Shown: piece by piece, positions 48,442 to 54,938 of the stretch
How the letters are laid out: every line of letters starts with the position of its first letter
Position numbering within the stretch: the stretch's first letter is position 1
Translations under genes and position numbers: made by a program
The notes under the pieces: generated by a model
Databases searched by the model: none
Told to the model about the DNA's origin: nothing
What the model saw: only the letters and a program-made list of their open reading frames with translations
Assembly (NCBI GenBank): GCA_001662655.1
Contig: KV460222.1
Direction: 5' to 3' (one strand)
DNA from: Pseudogymnoascus verrucosus
Lineage: Eukaryota
Length of the DNA stretch: 54,938 nt

Positions 48442-48869
48442 ATCGGCCTTATGTGTATTGTAGCTATAATAGTCGTTCTTTCAGGCGTACATAACATGCA
48501 AAACCTTCAAGTCAACAACAATAACATCAAGATAAGGTCATCAAACCACGAACATTAACATTGGAACTCACCCCAACTTTTCCGCCTCGTCGTCCCTGAT
48601 TCGCCAGGCTCCTCCCGGATACACAAGGCTGACAACCCTCCGCCCCAGTTTTTCCGCTCCCTCAGGTCCGTGCCAGCCTTACGTAAGCAACGGACCAAAA
48701 ACAGTACAAGCTTAAACTTTTCGAACCACGACCGACGACAACACACCTCGAGCTCAATCGCAGCGTCCACAACCACAGACAGTGCGTCCCTCCCTACCCC
48801 CTCACATCAATCCCCTAACTAACGCCTCTCCCCCAGAAACCCACGGCCACACCGCCAACCAAACACAAA

Positions 48870-49514
48870 ATGTTCGCCCGACCCGCCCACCGCGCAACAA
48901 CCTCCCTCCTCACCACCACCACGAAACCCTCCCTCACCCGCGCCCTACACGCCCGCATTCCCCAGCAGCCAATCCCAGAACCCACCCCCTTCGTCCCCGA
49001 CGCGCCGACATTCCTCTCTCTCATCGGACGAAACCTCTCCCAACACGCCTCCAAAATCCCGACGTGGGAATCGCTCTTCCGCCTCACCTCGCCGCAGCTG
49101 CGTGACCTAGGCGTCGAGCCCGCGCGCGCGCGCCGATACCTGTTAGCGTGGCGCGAGCGCTTCCGGAGGGGGGAGTACGGGCCGGGTGGCGATGCGAAGG
49201 TGGTAGAGGATGGGATTGCGAGGTTGAGAGTTGTGGAGGTTGAAGGGGGCCCAGCAGTCGGTACGGCGACGCGGACGGCGGGGATGAAGAGGGTGGCTGT
49301 TAATGGCGGGGAGGAGATTAAGGGGGTTAGAGTTCGGGGGGCGCAGAGGGTGGTGGGAAGTCATGTCTTGCCGGTTAAGGGGGGGGCGCAGATTAAGGCC
49401 GCGGAGGGGTTGTGGGAGATTAGGAGGGGGAGGAAGATTGATGGCGGGGAGAGGAGGAGGGCGGAGGTTAGGTCGAAGAGGAGGGCGGCGGAGAGGAAGG
49501 ATGCGAGGAAGTAG
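48870..49514 (+). CDS. FYV4: Mitochondrial small ribosomal subunit protein mS41 (IGR-motif protein)
   Basis: Arg/Thr-rich presequence; IPEPTPFVPDAPTFLSLIGRNL..KIPTWESLF.LTS.QLRDLGVEPARARRYLL.WRERFRRG; KIDGGERRRAEVR. Confidence 0.9.
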   Translation: MFARPAHRATTSLLTTTTKPSLTRALHARIPQQPIPEPTPFVPDAPTFLSLIGRNLSQHASKIPTWESLFRLTSPQLRDLGVEPARARRYLLAWRERFRRGEYGPGGDAKVVEDGIARLRVVEVEGGPAVGTATRTAGMKRVAVNGGEEIKGVRVRGAQRVVGSHVLPVKGGAQIKAAEGLWEIRRGRKIDGGERRRAEVRSKRRAAERKDARK

Positions 49515-50337
49515 GGGGGACGGGGAGGCCGAGTGTGGCTGGGGGGGGGGGGGGGTGTGCTTGTGGGAGACTGTGGGGATGTATGATAGTGAGGCTTTGT
49601 AAATATACTGTACGGTTCCACTGACACCCTCTTTTTTCAGTGACTGATGACCTCCCCGTCTTCTATGTGTGATTTCTATTCCCCCGACATATCTCCCTTA
49701 CTACAGGACCCTCCACCCCCTTTCCGCTCGCCCCGTCCCATCCCATTCCGCTCGCCCCGTCCTCCCCGTCCCGCAGACCGGCCCAGATCACACACACCCA
49801 AGCAAGGCACCAAGACGCAGCGTGGCGCATGCACGATGCCATGGGACGAGCTAGGCAGCAGCGGGCGTGCATGCAGATATTCGACGGTTACGCCTCGGCG
49901 TGGAGGTGCGGCTGAGGCGTGCTGGCGCTTGTGGGGTGCTTCTGCCAGGGGTAGGACGGGGAATGGGGGATGGGGGAAGGGTAGATGGGAGGGGTGGGAT
50001 AGTGTCAGTAGTTGGTGTAGCTTTGAAAATATATGTACAATACTATCTGACATCTCTCCACAACCACAGCAGCAGTGTGATGACATCTCCCCCTATCCTC
50101 GTGTAGAATTCCCCAATACGCTTCCCCTGCGACAAACTCCCCTTCTTCCCGCTCTCATTTCTCCACGCCGAGAACCGCGCCACCTGCCCTATACCCTGTT
50201 CCGCTCCCGCCATCCTTCTCCCCGTCCTCTTCCCGGCCCCATCTTTCCGGAACCCCTTCCCCATCCAGCACCCTTCCCGGCGCGGCGCGCAAACCGGTGA
50301 GCGGGGGCGTGGGAGTGGGCGTGGACGGTGCATGTGC

Positions 50338-53300
50338 NNNNNNNNNNNNNNNNNNNNNNNNNNNNNGGGGGGCGGGGGAAGAGAAAGTGAGGAAGGATAG
50401 ACAGGGGGCGTGAGAGGAGGAGAAAGTGAGAAGGACAAGGGGGATATGAGACAAGAGAACAGAAAGTAATAGCAGGGGTGCAGCAGGTGAGGCGTGCTAG
50501 CACAGCACAAACCATCTTCCTACCTATCAACTCACCTCTCTCGCCCGGAAGCCTACCTACTAACTCCTCCGCAGAAGACGGGGTGCCTTGGCGTGGAAAT
50601 AGTGCGGAAAGGAATGCATGATGTCCAGGATCTCGAGCCTGGGATTTCATGTCAGGTCAGGGTATAGACGGATGGGATGGATAGACTTTCCCGGGTAAGG
50701 CGGAGGGATAGAACGACACCGTAGCGCGCGCGTGGGGTCCGGGTCGTCCGGGTTTGCTCTGCTCTAAGACGGGGAGGTGGGGAGGGAAGGCTTACAGTTC
50801 GGCCGCTGCATAGACCGCTGCATAGAAGGGACAAGGATATCAACTCGGGAAGTAAGTGTAAGATGAAGAAATGCAAAGATGGAAAGATGGAAAGATGGGA
50901 TGNNNNNNNNNNNNNNNNNNNNNNNNNNNNNNNNNNNNNNNNNNNNNNNNNNNNNNNNNNNNNNNNNNNNNNNNNNNNNNNNNNNNNNNNNNNNNNNNNN
51001 NNNNNNNNNNNNNNNNNNNNNNNNNNNNNNNNNNNNCTCTCTAACCCCCTGCTTAGTTCGCAGCATTGCCGCCTACCCACTATCCCATGTAGGCAGCGGT
51101 TATCATAACAACAGGCATCTCCACACGGCACTCGCCGCCGCTGCGGACGAACTCGAACTTCTCGGCGGCTCGGCGGTTTCGTACGATGCGCGTAAGCAAG
51201 GAGTCTGATAAGAGCGGTTATTCGCACGGACCGCGGCGGTTGATTGTCCCGCCGCCCGCGTTGGCGGCACTGCACTGCTCGGGGACGGGGACGGAGTAGG
51301 GGGGAGGGGATGGCCGGTTGGTTGTCTGTGTGGTGGATGCTGCTGTGGTGGGTGGGTGTAGATGTTTGTTTCGTGTCCAGGTTCAGGGACCTCCGGATAG
51401 CTGCCTATGAAGGTGTAGCCTGCTGTTTGAATCTGCTGCGTGTCCCTTTATCTGATCTACCTCTCTCCAGTATGCAGTATACACGGCTGCCTACACCATC
51501 GCACACACAAACAGCTGTGGTTAGTTAGTAACACCTCCCTCTAACAACAACTATAACCTCCCGGGGCTGAAACTCAGCCTCGCCTCATTGCAGCCGTGCA
51601 AGCACCACCCACACCTACCACCCACACCTCACACACACCCAACCTACCCCCCAGGGATCACCTCCAACCATGCGCCTGCACCGCATCCATGCACACACCC
51701 ACCCTCCCCTCCCCTCGCATCGCACGCGGCCGCAATGCGAGATGCGAGATAATCGGCGGATCTTTAGTCCTTGCTGACATGTCTTGGTTGTGTGTGTGCA
51801 GGGGTGAGTGCAGTGGTGTTTGTGTGTGTGGTGAAGGGTGTGTGAGGGGTGTGAGGTGTGTGGTGAAGGTGTGTAGTGAGGTGCGAGGTGTGTGTGCAGG
51901 GGGGCACATTTGGTAAGCGTGTGGGTATACTCGGTGAGAGAGTGGCTGGAGGGGATTGGAGGGAGGCTTGGATTATTCNNNNNNNNNNNNNNNNNNNNNN
52001 NNNNNNNNNNNNNNNNNNNNNNNNNNNNNNNNNNNNNNNNNNNNNATGAGCACCTGTGAATCCGCAGAACCATCCCCCACCCACGCCCTCCACACCACCC
52101 CATCACGTCCTCACGTGTCAACGAGAGACGACGGGGCACAACATCCCTCCGCTTCCGCGCCCGTGGCCGTGCAACTGAAACCGTCGTACATCGTACATGC
52201 ATCTTCCTCCCTACCTAGCAGCCTACCACTCGAGTAACACGCCTCCACGTTTCCGCCCTTCCCCCCCCCAGTCACCCATGTGCACTCCACGCCCGACATG
52301 TCAGGGAGGGGGGATGAATTAAGGTGATGATTAATCGGGGGAGGGGGTTTCTATTTCCGCCTTCCCGGCGTGGTGGCTGATCTGCGGTTGTACGACCGTA
52401 TGCTGTCACTCACAGGTGCAGTGCGGCGCATGGCAAACTGCGATCGAATCCGAAGGCAGGCACCCACAATAGTAGTGAACAGTGAGTGAGTCGGATGATC
52501 TCCGGCTCGGTACTGACTACACTACACGGCGCGGGAGAGTTTCGAGGGAAGACAGCACATACACCGCAGGATATTGCCTGATGTAGGCAAGATGACCGCG
52601 CACCGGTTCGGATACCCTCGCATTGGAGAGCAAGCAATGTTACCACCAGATCGAGCGAGCATATGATACGGTAACGATCCAGCCCGCACGCCCAGAGTAG
52701 CCCCTCCCCTCCCCCCGCCTCGTAAAAGACGCCATGCGATCGCCGAGCCCGCCCCTCCGCCCAGCCAGCCGCTGCAAGTCCCGAAAGCGGAACAAACAGA
52801 CGAACCAGCGTCCCCCCTCCTCCTCCTCAATCTCGAATAGTGGGAAGGGGAAGGGTAAGGGTAACGTTGTGAAGCTTCACCGTCACCCGGCCCAAGCAGA
52901 CGCCCCGGCTCCGCGTGAATGCCCTGCTTTAGGCCAGGATGTGTGGATCCAGACAGCCCGCCAAGGATGCGCCAAGATGAGCTAAGCACGCGCTAGGTCT
53001 TTGTGGACCCGGGCTGGAAGGCAGACCTGAGGAAAGGAGGGAGTATTAAACAATGGCGCTAGTAGGGGTGAGAGTGGGGCGGGGGGGAAGAGCTGTGGAA
53101 GAGGAGAGGAGAAGNNNNNNNNNNNNNNNNNNNNNNNNNNNNNNNNNNNNNNNNNNNNNNNNNNNNNNAATCAGAGGGGGAGGGAGAGGGCAGTGGGCTA
53201 ATCGTATTGATTTCCTTAACCCTGACCCCACTGTAGTCCCATCACATCACTCAGTGACCTGCAAGGGGTTGCTGTGGTCGCTGTGGTCGGTCGCCGAACT

Positions 53301-54256
53301 GATGATCACCACTCAACACTCCACTGCACTACCTCATCAAGCCATACAAGACACACACACATCCCATGTACCTGTCTCTTCAATTCTCCGTTTGTGTCCC
53401 CGTCCCCCGTCCCCTGTCGCACCACCACCTCTTCTTCTCCCATCATCCCCACTCTACTCCACTCCACACCCCTACACCCCTGGCGCCACAGGCCGGTAAA
53501 AAGCCTGACGTCCCTCCGCGCTAGGCTGCTTTCGCCACAGCCGCACGTCAGTCTGCCTAGGCTAGGCCGTTTTTCTGGGTTTGGTGGTGATCGCGCTTGC
53601 TGGTGCGTGTGAAGATAGGTGCACGGCCTGCTTCTTACTTGATTAGTTTTGTTATGTCACTTGGTGGTGTTCGTGGGATGTCACCTTTTTTTCTTCAGCT
53701 GCCTGGCTGGGCTTGGACTTATTGGGATGTATTTGGAGGTGGGTGTGTAAGGTGTAAGTAAGAGTAAGAGTAGGGATAGACGAGAGGGTAAGAATAGGCA
53801 ATAGAGTAAGAATCAGGATAGTAGTAAGAAAAAGAGAAGAGTAAGAGTAATACTGACCCGTGACTTTCCTCAGCTGCCCCCCTGCCCTCCCTACCTCCCT
53901 GCCTGCAAATATGACTCGATCGGGTTCTCGATCTGGCTCTATCTCTGCTCCTCCCTCACACCCAACAAACAAAAGACGCCTTGCGCCAATCCCAACCCCT
54001 GCCACCTGTCTATCCTCGGCTGTTAAATGTACCCCTGTTCCTGTTACCCTTGTTAAACTTCCCTTCTCATCCTTCCTCGCTTGTCATGCTCTTATTTCTC
54101 TTTTTTCCACCCCCTGTCCCCTTCTTATCCACTCACCCATGTCACAATCATCTATCCCATCTCTGTCTTTCTCTGCCCCCCTTCCNNNNNNNNNNNNNNN
54201 NNNNNNNNNNNNNNNNNNNNNNNNNNNNNNNNNNNNNNNNNNNNNNNNNNNNNNNN
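50338..54256. other. Five assembly gaps (50338-50366, 50903-51036, 51979-52045, 53115-53168, 54186-54256) in a low-complexity non-coding stretch
   Basis: Runs of N, mostly flanked by purine- or pyrimidine-rich tracts. Confidence 0.99.
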
Positions 54257-54938
54257 CACAAGGCTGTCCTTCAAACCCTCAACCCCACTTTCTGGCTTCT
54301 CAATCCCTTCTTCCACCTCTCATCGGCTCCCGAAACACGGTTACCTGCTCGCCGTATCTTCTTCGGGGAAAGTACTTGCATCTAAACGGTAATTTGCTAC
54401 TATCCCGCATGTACTATCCCCAATTCTCTTCCTCTGTTTCCTCACTCTATTTCCTCCCCTCCCTCCTTGTCTACTTCCCCACCCCCCTGCTAACCCTACC
54501 ACCACCCCCCCTCCTCCACCTCCACCCCTCCACCTATTACTTACTTCTCCTCCACCATCTCTCAAATCTCCCCCCCTCACAGCTCGCGCCTATTGCTCCG
54601 CCACGGCTTTTTTTATACCTCCTCTCCCCCATACAGTCACAGTCACATCAAGTCCACCTAACTACGCCCTACCTGTGCTTCTCTCAAAACAATGATCCAA
54701 TTTTAGGATCACACATACATCTCGGGGAAACTGAGAAAGAACATAGGAACCTAGGACACAAAACCGTCCCCATCACCATCTGGCCTCTCGATCCTGAAAA
54801 ATCCTGATATAAAGATGCGTCCCAGACGCCTTCGAAGCTCTTTTCCTGTTCCATCTCCATCATCATCATCTTCACATTCCATCACCTTCACTTTCTCATC
54901 TTCATCTGAACATTCATCACCACCATCGCTAGCACCTA

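Noticed and set aside
49647..54875. Many overlapping 60-315 aa ORFs
   Set aside because: Low-complexity, span N-gaps, open on both strands, no domain motifs.
1..54938. Starship captain (DUF3435 tyrosine recombinase), tRNA/rRNA genes, secondary-metabolite backbone genes
   Set aside because: Looked for and not seen in any frame of this window.

Overview
Eukaryotic (filamentous ascomycete) genomic DNA with spliceosomal introns and five short N-gaps. A Leotiomycete such as Pseudogymnoascus is a guess from sequence style only. The window has three zones. (1) 1.6-19.9 kb: an intact sugar-acid catabolic gene cluster. It encodes a C2H2/fungal-specific transcription factor, dihydroxyacetone kinase/triokinase, a DHDPS-family 2-keto-3-deoxy-aldonate aldolase, a ketopantoate-reductase-family enzyme, a KduD-like SDR, a Zn-dependent sorbitol/L-idonate dehydrogenase-like MDR, a DgoD-like enolase-superfamily dehydratase and an anion:cation-symporter MFS permease, and ends in a 5'-truncated sugar porter. 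Together these look like a complete non-phosphorylative Entner-Doudoroff-type route from an L-hexonate or keto-aldonate to pyruvate plus glyceraldehyde-3-P. This is the best candidate for an undescribed system. (2) 19.9-35.3 kb: an accessory, AT-rich island of RIP-mutated transposon relics (two pogo/Fot1 transposases, a possible hAT end, four copies of one ~300-bp LTR of which one is nearly pristine). It also holds unusual tandem and inverted repeat arrays, an intronless 521-aa protein with an internal duplication, and a 10-Cys secreted effector-like protein. (3) 35.3-54.9 kb: GC-rich core-like DNA with strong C-to-G strand skew across genes. It holds a hypothetical gene, a 6-exon gene with an N-terminal SesA/HeLo-like helical domain and C-terminal decapeptide repeats, a PHO84-like phosphate transporter, KIN28/CDK7 and FYV4, then a long gene-free, low-complexity, gapped stretch. 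All family assignments come from motif recognition by eye; no database search was run.
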